A stretch of 64,000 nt of DNA from Squalus acanthias (taxonomy: Eukaryota): contig JASTWF010000035.1 of assembly GCA_030390025.1 (NCBI GenBank), positions 2,170,001 through 2,234,000 of the forward strand. The letters are read 5' to 3'. Shown here piece by piece: positions 24,901-36,497 of the stretch. The notes under the pieces are model-generated. The model worked only from the letters and a program-made list of their open reading frames with translations. It had not been told where the DNA came from and did no database searches. The position numbers and the translations under genes are program-made. The stretch's first letter is position 1. Each line of letters begins with the position of its first letter.

Positions 24901-27900
24901 TAAAATCCCAACTGGTTCACTAAAAACCCAGCTGGTTCACTAAAAACCCAGCTGGCTCACTAAAATCCCAACTGGTTCACTAAAAACCCAGCTGGTTCAC
25001 TAAAAACCCAGCTGGTACACTAAAATACCAACTGGTTCACTAAAAACCCAACTGGTTCACTAAAATCCCAGCTGGTTCACTAAAAACCCAACTGGCTCAC
25101 CAAAAACCCAACTGGTTCACTAAAATCCCAACTGGTTCACCAGAAATCCAACTGGTTCACTAAAAACCCAACTGGTTCACTAAAAACCCAACTGGTTCAC
25201 TAAAATCCCAACTGGTTCACTAAAATACCAGCTGGTTCACTAAAAACCCAGCTGGTTCACTAAAAACCCAACTGGTTCACTAAAAACCCAACTGGTTCAC
25301 TAAAATCCCAACTGGTTCACTAAAAACGCAGCTGGTTCACTAAAAGCCCAACTGGTTCACTAAAAGCCCAACTGGTTCACTAAAAACCCAACTGGTTCAC
25401 TAAAATCCCAACTGGTTCACTAAAAACCCAACTGGTTCACTAAAAACCCAATGGTTCACTCCAAACCCAGCTGGTTCACTAAAATACCAGCTGGTTCACT
25501 AAAAACCCAGCTGGTTCACTAAAAACCCAGCTGGTTCACTAAAAACCCAGCTGGTTCACTAAAATCTCAGCTGGTTCACTAAAAACCCAGCTGGTTCACT
25601 AAAATCCCAACTGGTTCGCTAAAATCCAAACTGGTTCACTAAAAACCCAGCTGGTTCACTAAAAACCCAACTAGACCAATAAAAGCCCAACTGGTTCACT
25701 TAAAACCCAACTGGTTCACTAAAATCCCACCTGGTTCACTAAAAACTCAACTGGTTCACTAAAAACCCAGCTGGTTCATTATAATCCCAACTGGTTCACT
25801 AAAAACCCAACTGGTTCATTAAAAACCCAGCTGGTTCACTAAAAACCCAACTGGTTCACTAAATGCCAACTGGTTCACTAAAATTCCAACTGGTTCACCA
25901 AAAACCCAACTGATTCACTAAAAACCCAACTGGTTCACTAAAATCTCAACTTGTTCACTTAAAACCCAACTGGTTCACTAAAAACACAACTGGTTCACTA
26001 AAATCCCAACTGGTTCACTAAAAACCCAACTGGTTCATTAAAAACCCAGCTGGTTCACTAAAAACCCAGCTGGTTCACTAAAAACCCAACTGGTTCACTA
26101 AAATCCCAACTGGTTCACTAAAAACCCAGCTGGTTCACTAAAAACCCAACTGGTTCACTAAAAACACAACTGGTTCACTAAAATCCCAACTGGTTCACTA
26201 AAAACCCAACTGGTTCATTAAAAACCCAGCTGGTTCACTAAAAACCCAGCTGGTTCACTAAAAACCCAACTGGTTCACTAAAATCCCAACTGGTTCACTA
26301 AAAACACAGCTGGTTCACTAAAAACCCAGCTGGCTCACTAAAATCCCAACTGGTTCACTAAAAACCCAACTGGTTCACTAAAATCCCAGGTGGTTCACTA
26401 AAATACCAGCTGGTTCACTAAAAACCCAGCTGGTTCACTAAAAACCCAACTGGTTCACTAAAATCCCAACTGGTTCACTTAAAACCCAACTGGTTCACTA
26501 AAATCCCAACTGGTTCACTAAAAACCCAACTGGCTCACTAAAAACCCAACTGGTTCACTAAAATCCCAACTGGTTCACCAGAAATCCAACTGGTTCACTA
26601 AACACCCAACTGTTCACTAAAAGCCCAACTGGTTTACTAAAATGCCAGCTGGTTCACTAACCACCCAGCTGGTTCACTAAAATCCCAACTGGTTCACTAA
26701 AAACCCAACTGGTTCACTAAAATCCCAGCTGGTTCACTAAAAACCCAGCTGGTTCACTAAAAACCCAACTGGTTCATTAAAAGCACAATTGGTTCACTAA
26801 AATCCCAACTGGTTCGCTAAAGTCCCAACTGGTTCACTAAAATCCCAACTGGTTCACTAAAATCCCAACTGGTTCACTAAAATCCCAACTGGCTCACTAA
26901 AATCCCAACTGGTTCACTAAAAACCCAACTGGTTCACTAAAAACCCAACTGGTTCACTAGCATCCCAACTGGTTCACTAAAAACCCAGCTGGTTCACTAA
27001 AAACCCAGCTGGTTCACTAAAAACCCAACTGTTTCACTAAAATCCCAACTGGTTCACTAAAATCCCAACTGGTTCACTAAAAACCCAGCTGGTTCACTAT
27101 AATCCCAACTGGTTCACTAAAAACCCAACTGGTTCATTAAAAACCCAGCTGGTTCACTAAATGCCAACTGGTTCACTAAAATCCCAACTGGTTCTCTAAA
27201 AACCCAACTGATTCACTAAAAACCCAACTGGTTCACTAAAATCTCAACTTGTTCACTTAAAACCCAACTGGTTCACTAAAAACACAACTGGTTCACTAAA
27301 ATCCCAACTGGTTCACTAAAAACCCAACTGGTTCATTAAAAACCCAACTGGTTCACTAAAATCGCAACTGGTTCACTAAAGTCCCAACTGGTTCACTAAA
27401 ATCCCAACTGGTTCACTAAAATCCCGATTGCTTCAATAAAAACCCAACTGGTTCACTTAAAACCCAACTGGTTCACTAAAAACCCAACTGGTTCACTAAA
27501 AACCCAACTGGTTCACTAAAATCCCAACTGGTTCACTAAAATCCCAACTGGTGCACTAAAAACCCAACTGGTTCACTAAAATCCCAACTGGTTCACTAAA
27601 ATCCCAACTGGTTCACTAAAAACCCAACTGGTTCACTAAAAACACAACTGGTTCATTAAAAACCCGACTGGTTCACTAATATCCCAACTGGTTCACTAAA
27701 AATCCAACTGGTTCATTAAAAACCCAACTGGTTCACTAAAATCCCAACTGGTTCACTAAAATCCCAACTGGTTCACTAAAAACCCAACTGGTTCACTAAA
27801 AACCCAGCTGCTTCACTAAATTCCCAACTGGTTTACTAAAAATCAAACTGGTTAACTAAAATCCCAGCTGGTTCACTAAAAACCCAGCTGGTTCACTAAA

Positions 27901-30900
27901 AACCCAACTGGTTCACTAAAATCCCAACTGGTTCACTAAAAACCCAGCTGGTTCACTAAAAACCCAGCTGGCTCACTAAAATCCCAACTGGTTCACTAAA
28001 AACCCAGCTGGTTCACTAAAAACCCAGCTGGTACACTAAAATACCAACTGGTTCACTAAAAACCCAACTGGTTCACTAAAATCCCAGCTGGTTCACTAAA
28101 AACCCAACTGGCTCACCAAAAACCCAACTGGTTCACTAAAATCCCAACTGGTTCACCAGAAATCCAACTGGTTCACTAAAATCCCAACTGGTTCACTAAA
28201 AACCCAGCTGGTTCACTAAAAACCCAGCTGGTACACTAAAATACCAACTGGTTCACTAAAAACCCAACTGGTTCACTAAAATCCCAGCTGGTTCACTAAA
28301 AACCCAACTGGCTCACCAAAAACCCAACTGGTTCACTAAAATCCCAACTGGTTCACCAGAAATCCAACTGGTTCACTAAAAACCCAACTGGTTCACTAAA
28401 AACCCAACTGGTTCACTAAAATCCCAGCTGGTTCACTAAAAACCCAGCTGGTTCACTAAAAACCCAGCTGGTTTACTAAAATCCCAACTGGTTCACTAAA
28501 ATCCCAACTGGTTCACTAAAAACCCAGCTGGTTCACTAAAATCCCAACTAGTTCACTAAAAGCCCAACTGGTTCACTTAAAACCCAACTGGTTCACTAAA
28601 ATCCCAACTGGTTCACTAAAAACCCAACTGGCTCACTAAAAACCCAACTGGTTCACTAAAATCCCAACTGGTTCACTAGAAATCCAACTGGTTCACTAAA
28701 AACCCAACTGTTCACTAAAAGCCCAACTGGTTTACTAAAATGCCAGCTGGTTCACTAAACACCCAGCTGGTTCACTAAAATCCCAACTGGTTCACTAAAA
28801 ACCCAACTGGTTCACTAAAATCCCAGCTGGTTCACTAAAAACCCAGCTGGTTCACTAAAAACCCAACTGGTTCATTAAAAGCACAATTGGTTCACTAAAA
28901 TCCCAACTGGTTCGCTAAAGTCCCAACTGGTTCACTAAAATCCCAACTGGTTCACTAAAAACCCAACTGGTTCACTAAAAACCCAACTGGTTCACTAGCA
29001 TCCCAACTGGTTCACTAAAATCCCAACTGGTTCACTAAAATCCCAACTGGTTCACTAAAAACCCAGCTGGTTCACTATAATCCCAACTGGTTCACTAAAA
29101 ACCCAACTGGTTCATTAAAAACCCAGCTGGTTCACTAAATGCCAACTGGTTCACTAAAATCCCAACTGGTTCTCTAAAAACCCAACTGATTCACTAAAAA
29201 CCCAACTGGTTCACTAAAATCTCAACTTGTTCACTTAAAACCCAACTGGTTCACTAAAAACACAACTGGTTCACTAAAAACCCAACTGGTTCACTAAAAT
29301 CTCAACTTGTTCACTTAAAACCCAACTGGTTCACTAAAATCGCAACTGGTTCACTAAAGTCCCAACTGGTTCACTAAAATCCCAACTGGTTCACTAAAAT
29401 CCCGACTGCTTCAATAAAAACCCAACTGGTTCACTTAAAACCCAACTGGTTCACTAAAAACCCAACTGGTTCACTAAAAACCCAACTGGTTCACTAAAAT
29501 CCCAACTGGTTCACTAAAATCCCAACTGGTGCACTAAAAACCCAACTGGTTCACTAAAATCCCAACTGGTTCACTAAAATCCCAACTGGTTCACTAAAAA
29601 CCCAACTGGTTCACTAAAAACACAACTGGTTCATTAAAAACCCAACTGGTTCACTAATATCCCAACTGGTTCACTAAAAATCCAACTGGTTCATTAAAAA
29701 CCCAACTGGTTCACTAAAATCCCAACTGGTTCACTAAAATCCCAACTGGTTCACTAAAAACCCAACTGGTTCACTAAAAACCCAGCTGCTTCACTAAATT
29801 CCCAACTGGTTTACTAAAAATCAAACTGGTTAACTAAAATCCCAGCTGGTTCACTAAAAACCCAGCTGGTTCACTAAAAACCCAACTGGTTCACTAAAAT
29901 CCCAACTGGTTCACTAAAAACCCAGCTGGTTCACTAAAAACCCAGCTGGCTCACTAAAATCCCAACTGGTTCACTAAAAACCCAGCTGGTTCACTAAAAA
30001 CCCAGCTGGTACACTAAAATACCAACTGGTTCACTAAAAATCCAACTGGTTCACTAAAAACCCAACTGGTTCACTAAAAACCCAACTGGTTCACTAAAAT
30101 CCCAACTGGTTCACTAAAATACCAGCTGGTTCACTAAAAACCCAGCTGGTTCACTAAAAACCCAACTGGTTCACTAAAAACCCAACTGGTTCACTAAAAT
30201 CCCAACTGGTTCACTAAAAACGCAGCTGGTTCACTAAAAGCCCAACTGGTTCACTAAAAGCCCAACTGGTTCACTAAAAACCCAACTGGTTCACTAAAAT
30301 CCCAACTGGTTCACTAAAAACCCAACTGGTTCACTAAAAACCCAATGTTTCACTCCAAACCCAGCTGGTTCACTAAAATACCAGCTGGTTCACTAAAAAC
30401 CCAGCTGGTTCACTAAAAACTCAACTGGTTCACTAAAAACCCAACTGGTTCACTAAAATCCCAGCTGGTTCACTAAAATACCAGCTGGTTCACTAAAAAC
30501 CCAGCTGGTTCACTAAAAACCCAACTGGTTCACTAAAATCTCAGCTGGTTCACTAAAAACCCAGCTGGTTCACTAAAATCCCAACTGGTTCGCTAAAATC
30601 CAAACTGGTTCACTAAAAACCCAGCTGGTTCACTAAAATCCCAACTAGATCAATAAAAGCCCAACTGGTTCACTTAAAACCCAACTGGTTCACTAAAATC
30701 CCACCTGGTTCACTAAAAACTCAACTGGTTCACTAAAAACCCAGCTGGTTCATTATAATCCCAACTGGTTCACTAAAAACCCAACTGGTTCATTAAAAAC
30801 CCAGCTGGTTCACTAAAAACCCAGCTGGTTCACTAAAAACCCAACTGGTTCACTAAAATCCCAACTGGTTCACTAAAAACCCAGCTGGTTCACTAAAAAC

Positions 30901-33900
30901 CCAGCTGGCTCACTAAAATCCCAACTGGTTCACTAAAAACCCAACTGGTTCACTAAAATCCCAGCTGGTTCACTAAAATACCAGCTGGTTCACTAAAAAC
31001 CCAGCTGGTTCACTAAAAACCCAACTGGTTCACTAAAATCCCAGCTGGTTCACTAAAAACCCAGCTGGTTCACTAAAAACCCAGCTGGTTTACTAAAATC
31101 CCAACTGGTTCACTAAAATCCCAACTGGTTCACTAAAAACCCAGCTGGTTCACTAAAATCCCAACTAGTTCACTAAAAGCCCAACTGGTTCACTTAAAAC
31201 CCAACTGGTTCACTAAAATCCCAACTGGTTCACTAAAAACCCAACTGGCTCACTAAAAACCCAACTGGTTCACTAAAATCCCAACTGGTTCACTAGAAAT
31301 CCAACTGGTTCACTAAAAACCCAACTGTTCACTAAAAGCCCAACTGGTTTACTAAAATGCCAGCTGGTTCACTAAACACCCAGCTGGTTCACTAAAATCC
31401 CAACTGGTTCACTAAAAACCCAACTGGTTCACTAAAATCCCAGCTGGTTCACTAAAAACCCAGCTGGTTCACTAAAAACCCAACTGGTTCATTAGAAGCA
31501 CAATTGGTTCACTAAAATCCCAACTGGTTCGCTAAAGTCCCAACTGGTTCACTAAAATCCCAACTGGTTCACTAAAAATCCAACTGGTTCACTTAAAATC
31601 CCAACTGGCTCACTAAAATCCCAACTGGTTCACTAGTATCCCAACTGGTTCACTAAAAACCCAGCTGGTTCACTAAAAACCCAGCTGGTTCACTAAAAAC
31701 TCAACTGTTTCACTAAAATCCCAACTGGTTCACTAAAATCCCAACTGGTTCACTAAAAACCCAGCTGGTTCACTATAATCCCAACTGGTTCACTAAAAAC
31801 CCAACTGGTTCATTAAAAACCCAGCTGGTTCACTAAATGCCAACTGGTTCACTAAAATCCCAACTGGTTCTCTAAAAACCCAACTGATTCACTAAAAACC
31901 TAACTGGTTCACTAAAATCTCAACTTGTTCACTTAAAACCCAACTGGTTCACTAAAAACACAACTGGTTCACTAAAATCCCAACTGGTTCACTAAAAACC
32001 CAACTGGTTCATTAAAAACCCAACTGGTTCACTAAAATCGCAACTGGTGCACTAAAGTCCCAACTGGTTCACTAAAATCCCAACTGGTTCACTAAAATCC
32101 CGACTGCTTCAATAAAAACCCAACTGGTTCACTTAAAACCCAACTGGTTCACTAAAAACCTAACTGGTTCACTAAAAACCCAACTGGTTCACTAAAATCC
32201 CAACTAGTTCACTAAAATCCCAACTGGTGCACTAAAAACCCAACTGGTTCACTAAAATCCCAACTGGTTCACTAAAATCCCAACTGGTTCACTAAAAACC
32301 CAACTGGTTCACTAAAAACACAACTGGTTCATTAAAAACCCAACTGGTTCACTAATATCCCAACTGGTTCACTAAAAATCCAACTGGTTCATTAAAAACC
32401 CAACTGGTTCACTAAAAACCCAACTGGTTCACTAAAAACCCAGCTGCTTCACTAAATTCCCAACTGGTTTACTAAAAACCAAACTGGTTAACTAAAATCC
32501 CAGCTGGTTCACTAAAAACCCAGCTGGTTCACTAAAAACCCAACTGGTTCACTAAAATCCCAACTGGTTCACTAAAAACCCAGCTGGTTCGCTAAAAACC
32601 CAGCTGGCTCACTAAAATCCCAACTGGTTCACTAAACACCCAGCTGGTTCACTAAAAACCCGGCTGGTACACTAAAATACCAACTGGTTCACTAAAAACC
32701 CAACTGGTTCACTAAAATCCCAGCTGGTTCACTAAAAACCCAACTGGCTCACCAAAAACCCAACTGGTTCACTAAAATCCCAACTGGTTCACCAGAAATC
32801 CAACTGGTTCACTAAAAACCCAACTGGTTCACTAAAAACCCAACTGGTTCACTAAAATCCCAACTGGTTCACTAAAATCCCAACTGGTTCACTAAAAACC
32901 CAATGGTTCACTCCAAACCCAGCTGGTTCACTAAAATACCAGCTGGTTCACTAAAAACCCAGCTGGTTCACTAAAAACTCAACTGGTTCACTAAAAACCC
33001 AACTGGTTCACTAAAATCCCAGCTGGTTCACTAAAATACCAGCTGGTTCACTAAAAACCCAGCTGGTTCACTAAAAACCCAACTGGTTCACTAAAATCTC
33101 AGCTGGTTCACTAAAAACCCAGCTGGTTCACTAAAATCCCAACTGGTTCGCTAAAATCCAAACTGGTTCACTAAAAACCCAGCTGGTTCACTAAAATCCC
33201 AACTAGATCAATAAAAGCCCAACTGGTTCACTTAAAACCCAACTGGTTCACTAAAATCCCACCTGGTTCACTAAAAACTCAACTGGTTCACTAAAAACCC
33301 AGCTGGTTCATTATAATCCCAACTGGTTCACTAAAAACCCAACTTGTTCATTAAAAACCCAGCTGGTTCACTAAAAACCCAACTGGTTCACCAAATGCCA
33401 ACTGGTTCACTAAAATTCCAACTGGTTCACTAAAAACCCAACTGATTCACTAAAAACCCAACTGGTTCACTAAAATCTCAACTTGTTCACTTAAAACCCA
33501 ACTGGTTCACTAAAAACACAACTGGTTCACTAAAATCCCAACTGGTTCACTAAAAACCCAACTGGTTCATTAAAAACCCAGCTGGTTCACTAAAAACCCA
33601 GCTGGTTCACTAAAATCCCAACTGGTTCACTAAAAACCCAGCTGGTTCACTAAAAACCCAGCTGGCTCACTAAAATCCCAACTGGTTCACTAAAAACACA
33701 ACTGGTTCACTAAAATCCCAGCTGGTTCACTAAAATACCAGCTGGTTCACTAAAAACCCAGCTGGTTAACTAAAAACCCAGCTGGTTTACTAAAATCCCA
33801 ACTGGTTCACTAAAATCCCAACTGGTTCACGAAAAACCCAGCTGGTTCACTAAAATCCCAACTGGTTCACTAAAAGCCCAACTGGTTCACTTAAAACCCA

Positions 33901-35340
33901 ACTGGTTCACTAAAATCCCAACTGGTTCACTATAAACCCAACTGGCTCACTAAAAACCCAACTGGTTCACTAAAATCCCAACTGGTTCACTAGAAATCCA
34001 ACTGGTTCACTAAAAACCCAACTGTTCACTAAAAGCCCAACTGGTTTACTAAAATGCCAGCTGGTTCACTAAACACCCAGCTGGTTCACTAAAATCCCAA
34101 CTGGTTCACTAAAAACCCAACTGGTTCACTAAAATCCCAGCTGGTTCACTAAAAACCCAGCTGGTTCACTAAAAACCCAACTGGTTCATTAAAAGCACAA
34201 TTGGTTCACTAAAATCCCAACTGGTTCGCTAAAGTCCCAACTGGTGCACTAAAATCCCAACTGGTTCACTAAAATCCCAACTGGTTCACTTAAAATCCCA
34301 ACTGGCTCACTAAAATCCCAACTGGTTCACTAAAAACCCAACTGGTTCACTAAAAACCCAACTGGTTCACTAGTATCCCAACTGGTTCACTAAAAACCCA
34401 GCTGGTTCACTAAAAACCCAGCTGGTTCACTAAAAACCCAACTGTTTCACTATAATCCCAACTGGATCACTAAAATCCCAACTGGTTCACTAAAATCCCA
34501 ACTGGTTCACTAAAAACCCAGCTGGTTCACTATAATCCCAACTGGTTCACTAAAAACCCAACTGGTTCATTAAAAACCCAGCTGGTTCACTAAATGCCAA
34601 CTGGTTCACTAAAATCCCAACTGGTTCTCTAAAAACCCAACTGATTCACTAAAAACCCAACTGGTTCACTAAAATCTCAACTTGTTCACTTAAAACCCAA
34701 CTGGTTCACTAAAAACACAACTGGTTCATTAAAAACCCAACTGGTTCACTAAAATCGCAACTGGTTCACTAAAGTCCCAACTGGTTCACTAAAATCCCAA
34801 CTGGTTCACTAAAATCCCGACTGCTTCAATAAAAACCCAACTGGTTCACTTAAAACCCAACTGGTTCACTAAAAACCCAACTGGTTCACTAAAAACCCAA
34901 CTGGTTCACTAAAATCCCAACTGGTTCACTAAAATCCCAACTGGTGCACTAAAAACCCAACTGGTTCACTAAAATCCCAACTGGTTCACTAAAATCCCAA
35001 CTGGTTCACTAAAAACCCAACTGGTTCACTAAAAACACAACTGGTTCATTAAAAACCCAACTGGTTCACTAATATCCCAACTGGTTCACTAAAAATCCAA
35101 CTGGTTCATTAAAAACCCAACTGGTTCACTAAAATCCCAACTGGTTCACTAAAAACCCAGCTGGTTCACTAAAAACCCAGCTGGTTCACTAAAATCCCAA
35201 CTGGTTCACTAAAATCCCAACTGGGTCACTAAAATCCCAGCTGGTTCACTAAAAACCCAACTGGTTCACTAAAAACCCAGCTGGTTCACTAAAAACCCAA
35301 CTGGTTCACTAAAAACCCAACTGGTTCACTAAAAACCCAA
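15925..35340. repeat. ~19.4-kb satellite of the 20-bp unit AAAA(A/T)CCCA(A/G)CTGGTTCACT, ~970 copies
   Basis: Continuous periodicity with no unique spacers and no ORFs. Confidence 0.98.
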
Positions 35341-35410
35341 CATGTCTTTTGAGGAAGGGAACCTGCCACCCCCACCAGCGCTGGCCTACACGTGATTCCA
35401 GTCCCGCACT
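35341..35410 (+). mobile_element. 3' portion of the SINE that begins at 8229
   Basis: ATGTCTTTTGAGGAAGGGAACCTGCC...CTGGCCTACACGTGATTCCAG matches the recalled continuation of the SINE core TGGTTCACTAATGTCCTTTAGGGAAGGAAACCTGCC. Confidence 0.55.
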
Positions 35411-35568
35411 ATGGCCTCGATATTAACTCCAGGCTGGGAAGAAAGCTTGTGGGGGGGGGGGGGGAATGGGGGCGTGGAGAGACAGGAAGTAAAGATTTCC
35501 CGCTTGTCCAGCCGAATGTAACGGGAAGACCTCTTTTAAATTTTTTCAACAGACTTCCTGCCCAACAG

Positions 35569-36440
35569 GAACATAAGTAAGTCATTCAGCCCCTTGAGCC
35601 TGTTCCACCATTCAATGAGATAACGACTGATCTGTATTTTAACTCCATCCACCCACCTTGGCACCATATCCTTTTAAATCCTTATTTCGCAAAAATTAAT
35701 CAATCTCAGATTTGAAATTATTAACTGAGCAAGCATCTACTGCTTTTTGTGTGCGAGAGTTCCACACTTAAACCACCATTTGTGTGAAGAAGTGTTTCCG
35801 AACTTCTCTCCTGAATGGCCTGGCTCTGATTTTAAGGTTATGTCCCCTTGTCCTAGACTCTCCTAGCAGCAGAAAAAGTTTCCCTCGATCTACCCTATTA
35901 ATTCCTTTCAAAATCCTAAAAACCACAATCAAATTGCCCCTTAACCTTCTATATTTCAGGAATGCTGGAAATACTCAGCAGGTCAGGCAACATCTGTGGA
36001 GAGAGAAACAGAGTTATCGTTTAAGGTCGATGACCTTTCATCAGAACATGGTTCCAGCATTTTCCTTTTTTATATCCTCTCTAAGGTGCGGTGCCCAGAA
36101 ATGTACCCAGTGGTCCAGGTGTGGTCTAACCAGGGCTTTGTATAGCTGCAGCAAAACTTCCTCCCTTTATATTGTAGCCCTTTAGTTATAAAGGCTAACA
36201 TTCCATCAGCCTTTTTGATTACATTTTGTACCTGACCACTACATGTTTAGTGATCTGTGTACATGGACCCTTAAATCTCTTTGAACCTCTATTGTTTCTA
36301 GCTTTTCACCATTTAAATAATACTCGGATCGGTCCTTTTTTGGTTCAAACATTTACCTGCATTGAAATACATCTCCCACAGTTTTCCCCACTCACTTAAT
36401 TTATCAATCTCTCTTTGTAATTTTATGCTCCCATCTACAA
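35569..36440 (-). mobile_element. Degenerate CR1 3' region with internal deletions
   Basis: Reverse-complement CR1 tail and hairpin; antisense of RGHNLKIR and FWAPHL segments. Confidence 0.8.
35958..36068. mobile_element. Penelope-like pLTR remnant with a degenerate hammerhead core
   Basis: Inverted ends AATGCTGGAA/TTCCAGCATT; minus strand CTGATGA-A-AGGTC-ATC-GACCT-TAAAC. Confidence 0.55.
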
Positions 36441-36497
36441 AGAGATAAGGTTGGTTGGCCAGAGGTAACACTGCTGCTCCTCCTAGCCCACAAGCAG

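Noticed and set aside
15925..35340. CRISPR-like or RT-associated repeat array next to a reverse transcriptase
   Set aside because: Head-to-tail monomers with no unique spacers, no cas genes and a eukaryotic context; the array also exists upstream of the LTR element and traces to a SINE.
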